Positions 1-12,300 of a stretch of DNA of 64,000 bases are shown here, one piece after another; within the stretch, counting starts at the first letter, position 1; the number at the start of each line of letters is the position of its first letter. Source of the DNA: Catajapyx aquilonaris (taxonomy: Eukaryota); the NCBI GenBank assembly GCA_000934665.2, contig KZ538259.1, forward strand, positions 1-64,000, in the 5' to 3' direction. The translations under genes and the position numbers were made by a program. Below the pieces are notes generated by a model that had not been told where the DNA came from, did no database searches, and worked only from the letters and a program-made list of their open reading frames with translations.

Positions 1-337
1 CCCCCCCCAATCGAAAGTCTGTATCAGCCCCTGAACGTATAGGCTATAGAGCTTACTTCCCTGATTCCCCATTTTCTTTTGTACAGGCAAAGGTTCACTC
101 TTATGTGAACCGGAGAGTATATAGCGAGCACACTCGGTACTCCGGTCAGTCCGGTATACACATGCGAGTGGTACTCCCAGGCAGGTACTCCTTGAATTTG
201 GTACGGGTAGGCCATACTCCAGAGTATACACTTTAGAGTCGAGTGGAGCACACAAAAGTGCGGGGAGGGGGGGGGGGAAGTTACCAGACCTTAGTATTCT
301 TATACCGTTGTGGTCCAAGAAGGCTTCCGTCCGAATC

Positions 338-660
338 ATGGTATATAGGTGACCCCGCCATTACTTCGACCTTAAGTCATCGTTTGTTTACAGACTCCTA
401 GTCAGCGGAAAACTGCGAACGCACGCCTGGAACCGCACATTTTTCTAGTTTCCATGGAAATGACCTCACACAACAATAGGAGCAAACAGTGTTCTTTGTT
501 GACTTTTTTACTCCAATTGTTGTGTGAGGGCATTTCCCTAAGGACACTTGAAAAGTGTGAGGTTCCAGAGGTGCGTTCAGCAGATTTCGTTGACTATAGG
601 AGTCGGTAAACAAAACGATGACGTACGGTCGAAGGGCGGGCCGCCTATAACCGTGGAGTG
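338..660. mobile_element. Degenerate foldback / palindromic MITE-like element
   Basis: 365-424 (ttcgacc..gtcatcgttt..gactccta..gaacgcac) is the reverse complement of 571-633. Pairing continues inward (cctcacacaacaat / attgttgtgtgagg) to a centre near 497. Confidence 0.7.
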
Positions 661-1470
661 ACGGCAGCGCCAAATCCTGGGTGGCGGAGTCGCGGAGACT
701 CATTAAGAGCACGGCCCTCTCCATACGGCTGGGGTAGGAGTTGCGGTCTGCTGAGTGCACTATACGCCACAAATCTGGTGCTGCCACCTGGCGGCCCAAA
801 ATGACGCGCGAGTTTGAAATGATGATTGCCACACTGCATACCACAGACGTATGCACGTACCAAGAACTGGATGAGCTTAGCCTGTAATTATATGGTATAT
901 TAATATCTAAATAGGTCTAATACATAACCACAGTGAGCCCATCCTGTTCAATTACATGAACACTCCATCGATCATGCACGTGTTGCAATGGATTAGTTGC
1001 CATATGGAGGATTTCTTCCTTATTATGTTTATGTCCACACATCGTTAATCAGTGACGCACATTACAATGTCATTGAATTAATAAATTACTGGTGGTTACG
1101 AGGAAATGTGATTTTGTAGTTACAGTATACCCAGTTGTCAACTACTCAAGTAATCAGTTGCAATCGTGTAATCACCTGGAAGCAGGCACATGCTCCAGAT
1201 TTTTTTATTGGGGGAAATTATTACGCATAATCACGAGCGATCGATATCAGCGTACAGTGCAAAGAGAGTAACAATAATACCTACGACTTTTACAGCATTC
1301 CACGGAAAATTAATATACGATATCAATCCAAAAAAGCACTGTATGACATAGCTGTGAAATATTTTGTAATTGTTTTTTCTTATATTATCATGTGTATTGC
1401 TGGTATTACCGGTATTTTCAATGAACCAACAAAAACCCTTAATTTCTCTATTTTTCTCATAAGCATGAAG

Positions 1471-1855
1471 TACAGTACCCTGCATTAATGGCCATGCACA
1501 GACATCGCCATCTGGCCAGATTGAGCGGAACTAGGCGTCTGGTGGGCTGTGTCCAAAAATCAAGACTGCTTACAAGTCCACTCTAGACGGCTCAAGATAT
1601 CGCGGTGGATTAACAGGCATTCGCTCGGTCCGTGTAATAACTGGCTCACAACCTCAATACATTGATAGGAATCGCAATGGCCTTATAATTCATCCCACAG
1701 ATATATCTGTGATCCAGCTTTGTAGCAAGAGTTTGAATCTACCGCTATATCTTGAGCTGTCCAAGTATTTTGGACGCACCCCACAGGCGCCTATTTCCGC
1801 TCGTTCTTGGACAGGTGGCGATGTCTGTGCATGGCCATTAATGCAGGGTACTGTA
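1471..1855. mobile_element. Tc1/mariner-type MITE
   Basis: Perfect 40-bp inverted ends including the TA (tacagtaccctgcattaatggccatgcacagacatcgcca), with imperfect pairing continuing inward. Confidence 0.9.
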
Positions 1856-1976
1856 CACATTTTCAGATAGGCCTAGTGGCCTACACTGTACACGTGTAGG
1901 CCTCTAGCATTCATTGTGTTCCAAGTAAGTACTTTTGTATAGTTTTGTGCGCCCTGATGAAGGTGCCCATTGCTCA

Positions 1977-2095
1977 CCTCCTGAGACCCCTGGTACAGTA
2001 TACTGTACCTTTGTTTTTTCCAGCACCTGACTAACTCAAGCGCGTAAAAAGACAAAAACAAAGGTACAGTATACTGTACTCCGGGTCTCAGGAGG
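1977..2095. mobile_element. Short piggyBac-like MITE
   Basis: TIR cctcctgagaccc/gggtctcaggagg and inner IR gtacagtatactgtacctttgttttt. TTAA on the right, CTCA (possibly mutated TTAA) on the left. Confidence 0.6.
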
Positions 2096-2106
2096 TTAAA
2101 CTGTAT

Positions 2107-2280
2107 ACAGTGAAACCTGTGAAGTTGGACACCTTAATAAGTTGGCTACCTCCCTATGTTGGACATTATTTTTGGAACCGTCAAAAAGGCTATCCCCTGC
2201 GTTGTTACTAACAATAAGTTGGACACCTCTCTATCTTGGAAGTTGGACAATTTCCCCCCTCTTAAGTTGGACAAGTGCAG
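2107..2280 (+). mobile_element. pogo/Tigger-like element left end with subterminal repeats
   Basis: TA-CAGTGAAACCT terminus followed by repeated aagttggaca(cct). A related fragment lies at ~44828-44903. Confidence 0.6.
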
Positions 2281-2484
2281 TGCAATTTTCACATTTACTC
2301 GGCATGTATTCTTTTTACTGCCCAAAAGAAAATTGAAGTTTCTCTGATTAAACCAGTCACTTGTTACCAATTCATGAACCAAAAAGTAGCGGGCCAGTTT
2401 CAGAAATTGCATGTATACACTATGCTGTACTGTATACCAAAAAGAAAAAAACATGCATTGGAAGTTGATTACTGGATGGTTACT

Positions 2485-2755
2485 TTTTTATTTGTTTTTT
2501 ATTTATTTATCATACCCCGTGCTAGAGCCTTTGGCTCCCTTAGGGGGGTGGATTACCACCATTGGATAGGACCAGGAATAGGGAAGGAAGGAAGCGGCTG
2601 TGACCTATTTTTACGGAAACGACCCCGGAATTTCCCTGGAGGGGACCATGGAAAACCACAGAAAACCATGGTCAGGGTCGCCGGCCCCGGGATTCGAACC
2701 CAGGACCTCCCGATTCGCAGGCGGGCTCCTTATCCCCTACACCAACCTGCTTCGT
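2485..2755 (-). mobile_element. tRNA-derived SINE family A
   Basis: B box GGTTCGAATCC on the minus strand, family A body, 3' hairpin tail. TSD ttactggatg(g/a)ttact at 2469 and 2756. Near-identical to the 62609 copy. Confidence 0.9.
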
Positions 2756-2884
2756 TTACTGGATGATTACTGTACAATACTGTACTTTTTTTGCAATTTC
2801 TGTGTCAATTGAACCATTTTGCAGCAGTACAGAGTGTATGTTTTCTGGAAAGGGGACAGTTGTAGAGGCGCCGGGGGAGGGGAG

Positions 2885-2957
2885 GAAGGGGGGGGGGTCG
2901 CACATTTATGGAAACATGTTTAGGGGGTCGCAGTTGGTAAAAGGTTGGAAACCACTG
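2885..2957 (+). mobile_element. hAT (Charlie-like) MITE right end fragment
   Basis: Repeated ggggtcgc and the terminus aaaaggttggaaaccactg, typical of Charlie-type hAT ends. No left end was seen. Confidence 0.45.
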
Positions 2958-4762
2958 GCGTAACACCATGTTATACAGTATACCTATTTAGGCCTACAAA
3001 AATGTCGTGGTGCTCCTCTTCTCGGGGACCAAGGTTCCATGGAGTTGCTACGACGAAAGTACTTCAGGTGATGTAATTTTGGCTACATTACGGATCAATT
3101 ATTGTGATTTTTTTTTGTTTCTTTATAACTATGGGAACATACCGTAGTGATAAGCACTGCATGCAGGATAGTCAGACTCTCCACAATGGGCAGATACAAG
3201 ACAATCCCTTGACTTATTCCAAACATTTACGATGATTTTCTTTTGTTTGGGAGTGGCGCCGTAACAAGGAGTTCCACCCACAAACAATTAATTCTCACCT
3301 GTGCCTAATTTCACTGCGTTAAGGATCCGAAATCAGCATAAGTCGGGGGGAAATAAACCTCTTTATTGCTTTGCAAATGGTGCTCCTTATGACGTATCAC
3401 TATGCAACATATCGTCAACCATCACTCTGTATCACATTATATTGTCAACTATCACTATGCAACAGTCACTACATGTGAACGATTAGATTCACAATTATGC
3501 AATTCATCCACCTTGAGAAAGTGCTGAGGATTTTCGAACACTAACTGTCTTGTATAGTGTTACAATCCCTATGTGCAGTTTGGTGTTTGGGACGTGATTT
3601 GTGGCACACCCTGTAGGTTTTAACTTTATTTAACATTTAAAACAAATTCAACGCCCCAGATAATATGTCCAAATACTTTTGAACTAATTTTAACATGATA
3701 TTATTAATACTTGAAAGAGAATTCGAAGTTATGTGATTTCGACAAAACTTTTGACACATCCGGTAGGTCTAGGGTAAAAAAAACGACCACGGAATCAGAA
3801 TTGGCGACATTGAAAACATAGAAAAAAAAATATTTGCACACGTATAGACAGCGAAGTTTGCGAAGTGATATTTTTTCGTGCGTTTTTTAAAATTTTGAAC
3901 CACTGCTCGCGAGGCGTGCCTTATCGAATGTTTTTATTTCCTATTCCGGTAGGAGCGGCTAGGAGCACAGATGAAACATTATTTTTACATAACCCAACAC
4001 GAGAGCTACACATATACAGTATAAGCATTTTCATCAATTCTTTGTAATTATTAGGCCTACTCCGTATTACGCAGCATATTATTTTTATGAAAAGTTGCTA
4101 AAATTAATGCGCACCCTCGGGTGCACTTTTAAATATTTTTTAAGGAATTATAGGTAAAGATTAAATCGACATCACATCCATATTATCATTCTTCACGAAG
4201 CACTAAACAAAACTGTATGCTGGACATTTCTTAATTCATCTTCATAACTAGCTGTAATCAACGACAATAAGGGGAGTTGCAAGGAAAAATGGCAAGGACG
4301 AAAAAAAGCAATTTTCTCCGATTTTTGCATTACTTTCGGAGCATTGGGTATTTATCATACAATATGGATTGAACAAACAAGTACAGTACCACATGTAGCT
4401 CACATTACTGCACTTTCATTTGCGCAGTTTGCAAGTTCATACTAAATAGTCAAAAAATCGACTTTTTTTCGCGCCTTTTTCTCGCTTTGAACCACTGTGC
4501 GGCGTGACGGTGGGAAGGAAAACGACTGTTCTATAGTTACATGAACATTGAACACACGCCACGGTATGAACAGGCGAATATATTCCCAGATATATCCTGC
4601 TATATTCCTGAATGGCTGGGGTGTTGCATAACTAGCAGGATATTCTCCTGTGATCCCCACAAGTGCAATGACACCTCATAGCCAAAAAAATGAAGTAAGG
4701 AGATTTTGGATGAAAATTGAGCCTGACCATTCTCTAGGGCTTTCTCATATTCATCAGGTACT

Positions 4763-5248
4763 ACCTAAGCAGTTTGGTGGAGTGGATAAGGTGTTCGACT
4801 GCTAATCGGGAGGTCCTGGGTTCGATTCCCGGGGCCGGCAATCCTAACCGTAGTTTTCTGTGGTTTCCCACGGTCCCCCCAGGAGAATTCCGGAATTGCT
4901 TCCTAAATAATAGGCCACAGCCGCTTCCTTCATTTCCTATCCTTGTCCCGTCCATGAGGAGGTGCGGTGTCGGTGGGAAGTTTCTGATCCGCATCTAGGG
5001 GGTCATCTTGGCGAACGCGCCAAGGGACTGCACACGACCCCCAACAACTTGAGACATTGCACCTGCACCAGTGTCTCCCCCTCATTATCCCTATCCTGTA
5101 CCCTAGGGGTTAGCCGAATACCCAATCAATTATTATTATCCTGTACCCTTGCACGGGAGGAAAGAAAAATACAAGAAAATTGATGGTGGTGTACCACCCC
5201 CCACCAGTGCCTATGTAGGCATATCACGGGGTAAAACAAACAAACAAA
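4763..5248 (+). mobile_element. SINE family A, long form with structured insert
   Basis: A/B-box head, family A body, ~170-nt multi-hairpin module, 3' hairpin and (CAAA)n tail. TSD tcatcag(g/c)tact at 4751 and 5249. Confidence 0.9.
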
Positions 5249-5309
5249 TCATCAGCTACTATATGATTTTATAACGAATAAGGGGTTATCATAATATTGT
5301 ATTTTTCTA

Positions 5310-5566
5310 GGGTGGCGGAGGGGTTAGCGCCGCAGCCTTCCACCTCTAAGGTCCCGAGTTCTATCCCCGGATCGGACAGAGGATACTTATGTGGATAGAG
5401 TTCCGATGGGTTCTCTCCGTGTTCGCGTGGGTTTTCTCGGGATTCTCCCGTTCAGTTCCTCCCACTATCAGAATCCGTCATAGCAAAGGCAATGATTAAA
5501 GTCGGTTAATTAAAAAGATGATCCCCTAAAGAGCCCAAGGAGGCTTATCACGGGGTATTCATTATT
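5310..5566 (+). mobile_element. tRNA-derived SINE family B (V/Meta-like core)
   Basis: tRNA-like head, core ttctctccgtgttcgcgtgggttttctcggg..ttcctcccac, shared 3' hairpin. 16-bp TSD atattgtatttttcta at 5294 and 5567. Confidence 0.9.
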
Positions 5567-5697
5567 ATATTGTATTTTTCTAATCCGATTGACTTCTTCT
5601 GCAAGTTATGCTGGTATTGCGATAATTTATTACGTACAATAATTTTTACAACAATTATTACTATAATATACAAAATATTTACAATCGATAAGTAGAT

Positions 5698-6620
5698 CTC
5701 TAAATATGGACAGTGGTCTAAATATGGGATTTGGGTGTATCAACACTGCTGGGTGCTGCAGGTTGGCGGAGAGTGAGGGAAATTGTTCGGAGAAGAAGAC
5801 AAAGGTCGCTGAGTCACTTCGCTGCAGGGTGCGAAGGCTGCCTCGTCTGTTGGGCGCTTTTCCGTAAATTGCACCACAGAAAACTTTGCGCAGGTACCTG
5901 TGCACTTCCCCCCCCCCCTCATTCTCGCTTACTTCGCATGGATTATCACATGCGCAGTGCATTACGCCATATGGCCCTTTACTATGATTCAATTAGTTTC
6001 TAAAATATGAAGATGGGGGAGTCAGCATACCTTGTGAAACAAAAATGGCGTGATGGTCTAAATATGGGATTGGCATGAGGTTTAAATATGGACTGCCTGA
6101 GAAGGCTAATGTAGTTGGCACTCCGTATTCGCGGTATTTTCTGACAATTTTCTGCACTTCCTATTCGCTTCCAGGACCTTTCGTAGATGCGCAAATCCAT
6201 TGTCCATAGCTGTTATGCTACATTGTTCAGGTTATAATGACAAGACAAAAGAATCACTCCTCAATAATTTTTTCACAAATTCTTTCGATCCGGTGTTGAC
6301 TGAAACCGCGAATACGGAGGAACGACTGTATTCTCTTATGGTTTCCACAGAATTTCTGCGTGTTAGACTTAATTCTAACCATTTTTATGAATATTATGTT
6401 TGCTGTCCATATTCAGACCACTTTTTCAAACATCGTGATTTTGCCAATTCTCGAAAATCACACATTCATTCGGACATGAAGCACTTCATGAACTGTATCA
6501 TGTTGTTACATTAAAGAGCATTGTTCACAGATGTATATTCAATGTTTCATTATTGCTATATGTACTTGTTCTTTAAGGTATAAGCAAAAGACAAAGTGGT
6601 GTCCATATTTAGACCTTCTC
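5698..6620. mobile_element. Decayed DNA transposon with ggtctaaatatgg(a/g) subterminal motifs
   Basis: The motif occurs in tandem at ~5699-5730 and ~6054-6092 and inverted at ~6600-6616 (tgtccatatttagacc). Boundaries are uncertain. Confidence 0.4.
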
Positions 6621-8701
6621 CTCAGCTAGATAAAATAAATAAATAAATAAACACTGCGTTACTTTTGATTTGTTACAGTGTGCAGATTGATATGGGTCGC
6701 TGTCATGTTTTATATGCATCAGTAATGGTGAGTAGCCCACATATTATTTTATTATTACATCATTATGTACAGTACAGTACCAAATCCTACCTTCATGACG
6801 CGGTCATAATATATTTTTTGATGAATATTCTCTCCTGGAGGTTATGTTGGCTAGGTAACCTGTAATAAATACTGGTCATTGTGTATCATTTCAGGTTTTA
6901 AGCTGACTTCCATCATATCCCTCCGTGATGCAGCTTTTTATATCTCCTGGCATGTGTCCTTCAGTGGAACACTGCTGATTAGTGATTACTATATTCTCAA
7001 TAATTTTTTTATTTCTCAATAGATGAGATTTGCCTCATTAATACTGTAATAATCACAGAGAGGTGATTGCACCTGCTAAAGCGAGACATATATACACGTA
7101 AATTATGACTCTACGAGTTAAAAGATTATGAGCTTGTTAGAAGGCCTGTGAACAAGTTCGATACTCGATCATAAAAAGTTCCATTTTCCAAGACGAAGTA
7201 TGCAATTAGCTTCTACCGTAACTTAACAAGTAATATTATACGTAATTTTTGCAGGAAAGCTCTCCACTGAGAAAAAAAACGTGTCCTCCGTGGAATTCTC
7301 GTGAAATGAATAAAGTCTGCCAGTATGAAGCTAGTGCTAATGCAATTTTCATTTAATTTAAAGTTCACGATGCACAGTTTAGAAAAAAAAGACAGACGTT
7401 TTATGCTCAGGCCAATTAAATGCCATGTAATCTTATTAAACATCGCACCTTTCGGCTGAGAGCGACACCCAGAAAACTGAGTTGAGAAGAAAAACATTCG
7501 CTTGGAGTCGCTCATCCATTATCCCCCCGCCATCCTTTAATCACTAACAGAATTAAACACTGGAGATTAAAAAGCAAAAAAAAAAAAAAAAAATCCGAGG
7601 CGTGTTAAGTTTTCACCTCTTGCTCTAAGATTTACAATCGCTCAAAAACTCCTGCTACTCTCAGAAAAAAAAATACATCATCCCATTTTTTATGTAACAA
7701 AAGGAGCAGGCAAAGTCATTAGAGATGGTATCGATACGTTATACGTTTACCAAGAATTCAGTTGCCAGGACAACATTCTGACCACCATCGCGCTGGCGTG
7801 CTTTGCAATGGAAAATAGGATGAAAAGGGAATGGGAGTCGAGAGATGGCATGGGATGGTGCAGGAGGAGCGGCTATTTTCTCTCTGGTTGGAACTTGATC
7901 TCCATAGATTAGTATCTGACTGTAGATTGCGACGACAGGGTGGAAGAAAGACGTGTCATCAAGCCCGGCTCATTCCCAGGGTGTGATCAAGTTCAATGTT
8001 ATGGCAGCTACACGTGCACACTTTTTTTTTTTGCTAGGCTATTTCCTGCTTTTCAGTTTGAGTGAGAAGTTCTCATTTTCAGGGTTACTAACATGAAATA
8101 TCTGACATGCATATTTTGGTCAAAATTAAGTAAGTATATTTGTTTTATGAATTTTGTGGGTGACATAATTCTGGAATCGACTGCCTCTATTAGCATGATA
8201 TACTTTACGATCCCCATTGCGAAAGTATTATATTCGCGAAAAATGATTGCATGTACCAAAATGCCTTATGATACTCGAGATTCCTGGTACCTGTTTGGAA
8301 ATATGCCATTACGTGTCGTTTGAAGTTCCTGCGTCGTTGTACGTTTTCTGTGTAGCACAAAAGCCAAACAAATTGATAAACTTCCTGAGAGTTTGGTTTT
8401 CACAACTTATGAATGTCAGGAATAATGAGACTGCTGAGGATGATGCAATAATTATAATTATATTGTCGAAGTTATTAAAGGGCATGAATATTAATTTTTG
8501 TAAAAAAAAACCTTGCATATTTCAGTTATATTTGTTGGTAGGGCTGTGCGATATTTCGATACATCGACTGTCGATACGATATTTTCCTAATATCGAAGTT
8601 GCGATAGCCGACGCTTGGCATGTTCGATGTATCGAATATCGCGATTTTTCGATGTCGGTTTTCGATATTTTTCGATGTCGGTTTTTCAATTTTCGATATA
8701 T

Positions 8702-8976
8702 ACCGAAGCAGTGGTGGCGGAGAGGATATGGTATCCGACTGCTAATCGGGAGGTCCTGGGTTCGATCCCCGGGGCCGGCAACTCTAACCGTGGTTTTCTG
8801 TGGTTTCCCACGGTCCCTCCAGGAGAATTCCGGAGTTGCTCCCTAATTAATAGGCCACAGCCGCCTCCTTCCTTTCCTATCCTCTCCCAAAAAGCGCAGT
8901 AAAAATAAAAGCAAGAGTTCCAGTCAAAAAACACAAATTCCCCCCTACAGAGCCGCCGGCTGATAACGGGGTATGA

Positions 8977-9044
<68 letters not shown>

Positions 9045-9046
9045 CA
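8702..9046 (+). mobile_element. SINE family A with (ATT)n tail
   Basis: Head accgaagcagtggtggcggagagg..gggttcgatccc. TSD tcgatatat at 8693 and 9047. Same subfamily as the 33642 copy. Confidence 0.9.
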
Positions 9047-9076
9047 TCGATATATCGACTTCGATTCGATATTTTT

Positions 9077-9393
9077 TTTTTCATGACCCCACGGGGGGAG
9101 TTATACTACTCCTTAGGGGGGGNTTTGTTTTTGGAGCGAGTTTAAGAAGATCTTAATTAGTGTACTCCAAGGGTGGGTGGGAGGGGATGTGCAAAGTGCA
9201 AGTGCAATGTCTCTAATCGTCATTTTGTGAACTCCCCCGGGTGGCTTAGTCTGTCGGAAATTGTCACCCGAAATGAAGCCAGAGATAGCCCAACCCTGCA
9301 CGGATAAAGGTGGGAACCCCGGGTGGGGATTGAACCCGGGACCTTAATATCCGTGGGCAAACGCGTTACCGCGGCGCCACTTCATCTCCCCAT
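9077..9393 (-). mobile_element. tRNA-derived SINE family C
   Basis: Minus-strand A box gtggcgccgcgg, B box gggttcaatccc, poly(A) end. 17-bp TSD ttcgattcgatattttt at 9060 and 9394. Confidence 0.85.
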
Positions 9394-12300
9394 TTCGATT
9401 CGATATTTTTAAGTATCGAAAGTCGATATGTAATTTCGGATATCGCACAGCCCTACTTGTTGGATTGGATATGTTTTTTATCAACATTTGTAGGACTAAT
9501 GGATATTAAAATAATGTTAGACCACGTTACACAATTAAGAGCTTTCCACTCACCTTTGTTCCATAGCTTGCACTGCCCCGCCTCTTCTACACACACACAC
9601 TAAAGTCAAGGGTGTAAAATGCAGAATCTCCCTCCATTAGGTTGCAGGGCACAAAGTGGATTCTCATCCCGGAGACTCGGACAAGAGTTGAGCACAAATC
9701 AACTTGTCTCTAGCTATCTTCTCGTTCCAGCTGGCTCAACCCAGACCCGCCAACTGATGGTACGTGTTGAAGAGCGACTAACTGCTTCAAGTCCATCAAG
9801 TCCCCGGACAGCCTCTAATGACCGCCTCATCACCACCTAACCTAAATCCACTCATAGGCTTGTGGATAGGCGAACAGTGCAATGAACCTCGACAAAATGC
9901 CCTATTTGTCTACTTTGATTATATTGAACCCCTTTTAAAAAAGGCCCCAAAAAACGATGTAGCGCCTCCTTTTGAGAACCAAATCAGAAAACGCTCCGAG
10001 AATGTCGGGACAGGCGCTTATGAGAAATGCCTGCCTGTTTCGGTGACAACGAGTGAGGAATTTTGCAGGGAGCCCTTTCAAAGACTGCATATTGAAGGTA
10101 GGAGAGTTCTCAGAGAGCTGGAAAAAAAACTGGGGGACAGAAAAGGCACGTGGAAAACCTGACACCTAGGCCTATTTCCAGGCTGCGATGAGAGGGTTCT
10201 CTTTGCTATCTGTTTTGTGGGAGGGAGGTTGGGTGGACCAAGGAAGAGGGTCTGCCACCACACCAGTCTTTATAGGATGGGGAACAAAGCCTATCAGGCC
10301 TCGTTCATCATTCTGGGTCCTGCCTTGGAGGGGACGTCCAACAGGGACGGTGTGCTGGAAAAATGCTCTTGTGGAAGGTGGGGGGATTCTGGGATTTTGG
10401 CCGCGTCTCTGTGAAGCAGCAAGCGTCCTGGCTTTAGATCACTAGACCTCACTCGTAATTAGACTCCATGTTCCCCCTCAAACCAAACCACTCGTTTTTT
10501 GTTCCCCCGTCCCATCTCTGGTTGTAGTAATTGGGAAGAAGAATTCTTGCCTGGGTTCAGTTGGACAAGTTCAGCTATTTCTTTTGTCTGAAGAAGCGTT
10601 TATTTCTCCACGGTAATACAATGCTTAGCAGGAAGGGCAGGGGTGGCTGACATTTTGTTTTCTCACTATCAAACAAGTATACTTCGCTACTGGAAACATT
10701 TTGACCAAAGGCGAAGCACAGCGAGAACCATAACCAGGGAACAGATGCGGTAAGGAAGCGTCTCAAGACATTTGAACAATGTGAAAATATATATATATTC
10801 CTCCTAACTGTTGAAACGTCTCATTTTTTTAGAGGGGGGAGAGGGTGAGGAGGTGTTGTCCCACTTGGAAGAGTATAGGTACTGTGAAAGGGACGTTAGA
10901 GCTAAAAGGCCATGATTGGGATAGGGGGGAAGGGGGGATATCTACAGCTTCTGTGCTATAACATCACTCTCTCTTGCCGGTTAAAATTTTGCGGGGGTAA
11001 AAGTGCTGTAACTCTGAGGGTCAAAAACCGACCTGTCTATATTCTAATTGGATGGAGGAAAAGAAAAACCGGAGCACTTAGGCCAAAAGCAAGTAACTGA
11101 CACGCTCCGCACCTATTTGAAACGGATTATTATTGTTCTTATTGTCGTCATTCGTATCGATTCATATGCTAATAAGCCGCGAGGGCATGATGCATAACAT
11201 GTTACTAACCAATTCTGAATCCTCAACCACTGAAACTACACGAAAGCATTCATGCCTGTTGATCTCTGGAAAGGAAATTAGGGGAGGAGGATGGGGGAGG
11301 GGGAACCGCACATACATTTGGCACTAAAGCTCAATTCCCTTAAAATCAGCTAACAACGGTCAAAAAATTAGGGAAGCATTACACGATGGCATCCCTTTTG
11401 TCCAGATAAAGTCATGAGCTCACTGAAAATTTATCTCCTTTTTTTTGGAAAGCAAAGTGCTGGGCGCAACTGCGACTACATAAAGCAGCCAGGGCAAACA
11501 ATAGTTTAAACACCACATCGCCTACAAAGAGCGTTACTTGACACGAGGTGGATAAAATAATTGTTGAAGTTGCCTACATCAAATATCACTGTGAGGCCAC
11601 AAGACAATGCCTTTTTGTTTTTTGTATTTTTTTCTTCTTCTTCTTCTGGGACTGTTAACCTATCCGGGCACATGAAAATATGGATGATCCCAATTTCGGT
11701 TTACAACTAGCGAAATACATTCCAGTGACATCAGTTGAGACCGCCGATTGCTTCACTTTGCAAAACACATAATTATGTATAGGAGTAGAGGATGGGAAAC
11801 AACAAAACAATAAAAACAATACTGGTCAATAGCCTATGACTAGTAGGATAAGTTACACGTTTGGAATCATGCTGGTGTAATGCGGAACAAGTTGGTAACC
11901 TACATATTTCGCAGGGCATTTATCCAGTACACAAGTGGTATTATCCACACTTTCTGTGAGAGCCACTCGAAAATAGTAGAAGCATTCGTGACTGTATCGA
12001 GTGCGAGTAACTTTTCCATCATTTAAATGGCAGTTAAGAAAGGATCAGTCACAAAATAATAACTGAACCATTTTGTGGCAACATTCGCTCACATACGACC
12101 TCTACTTTTCTACTTTTAACAAATCCTAAGCTAGTACGAAATAAAACATGATTCCATCGCACTCTCTACGATTTTCTGTAAAATGCTAATTCCTGCCAGT
12201 GCCCTTCTAACGAGCCCGAGCTCATGTACAAATAAATTCGGTGTAACAGGCACACACAACTTGACGCTGAGTCCATCACAAAAGTTGGTCTTTGGAAGAG

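Larger units (their letters stand above)
8539..9455. mobile_element. hAT MITE hosting two nested SINEs
   Basis: TIR tagggctgtgcgatat/atatcgcacagcccta, 8-bp TSD (t/c)ttgttgg, interior rich in tcgata motifs. Confidence 0.9.

Noticed and set aside
4715..4762. Hammerhead-like CTGATGA..GAAA on the minus strand
   Set aside because: Stems I and II do not pair. A similar CTGATGA near 23735 lacks GAAA.
8702..8780. tRNA-Ser(GCT)-like genes at SINE A heads
   Set aside because: They lack a proper acceptor stem and long variable arm and run directly into the SINE body with TSDs, so they are not functional tRNAs.
9600..10560. GC-richer stretch with several short ORFs, possible retroelement relic
   Set aside because: No RT, endonuclease or recombinase motif was recognisable by eye. 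The same applies to ~59000-59800 and ~43440-44500.
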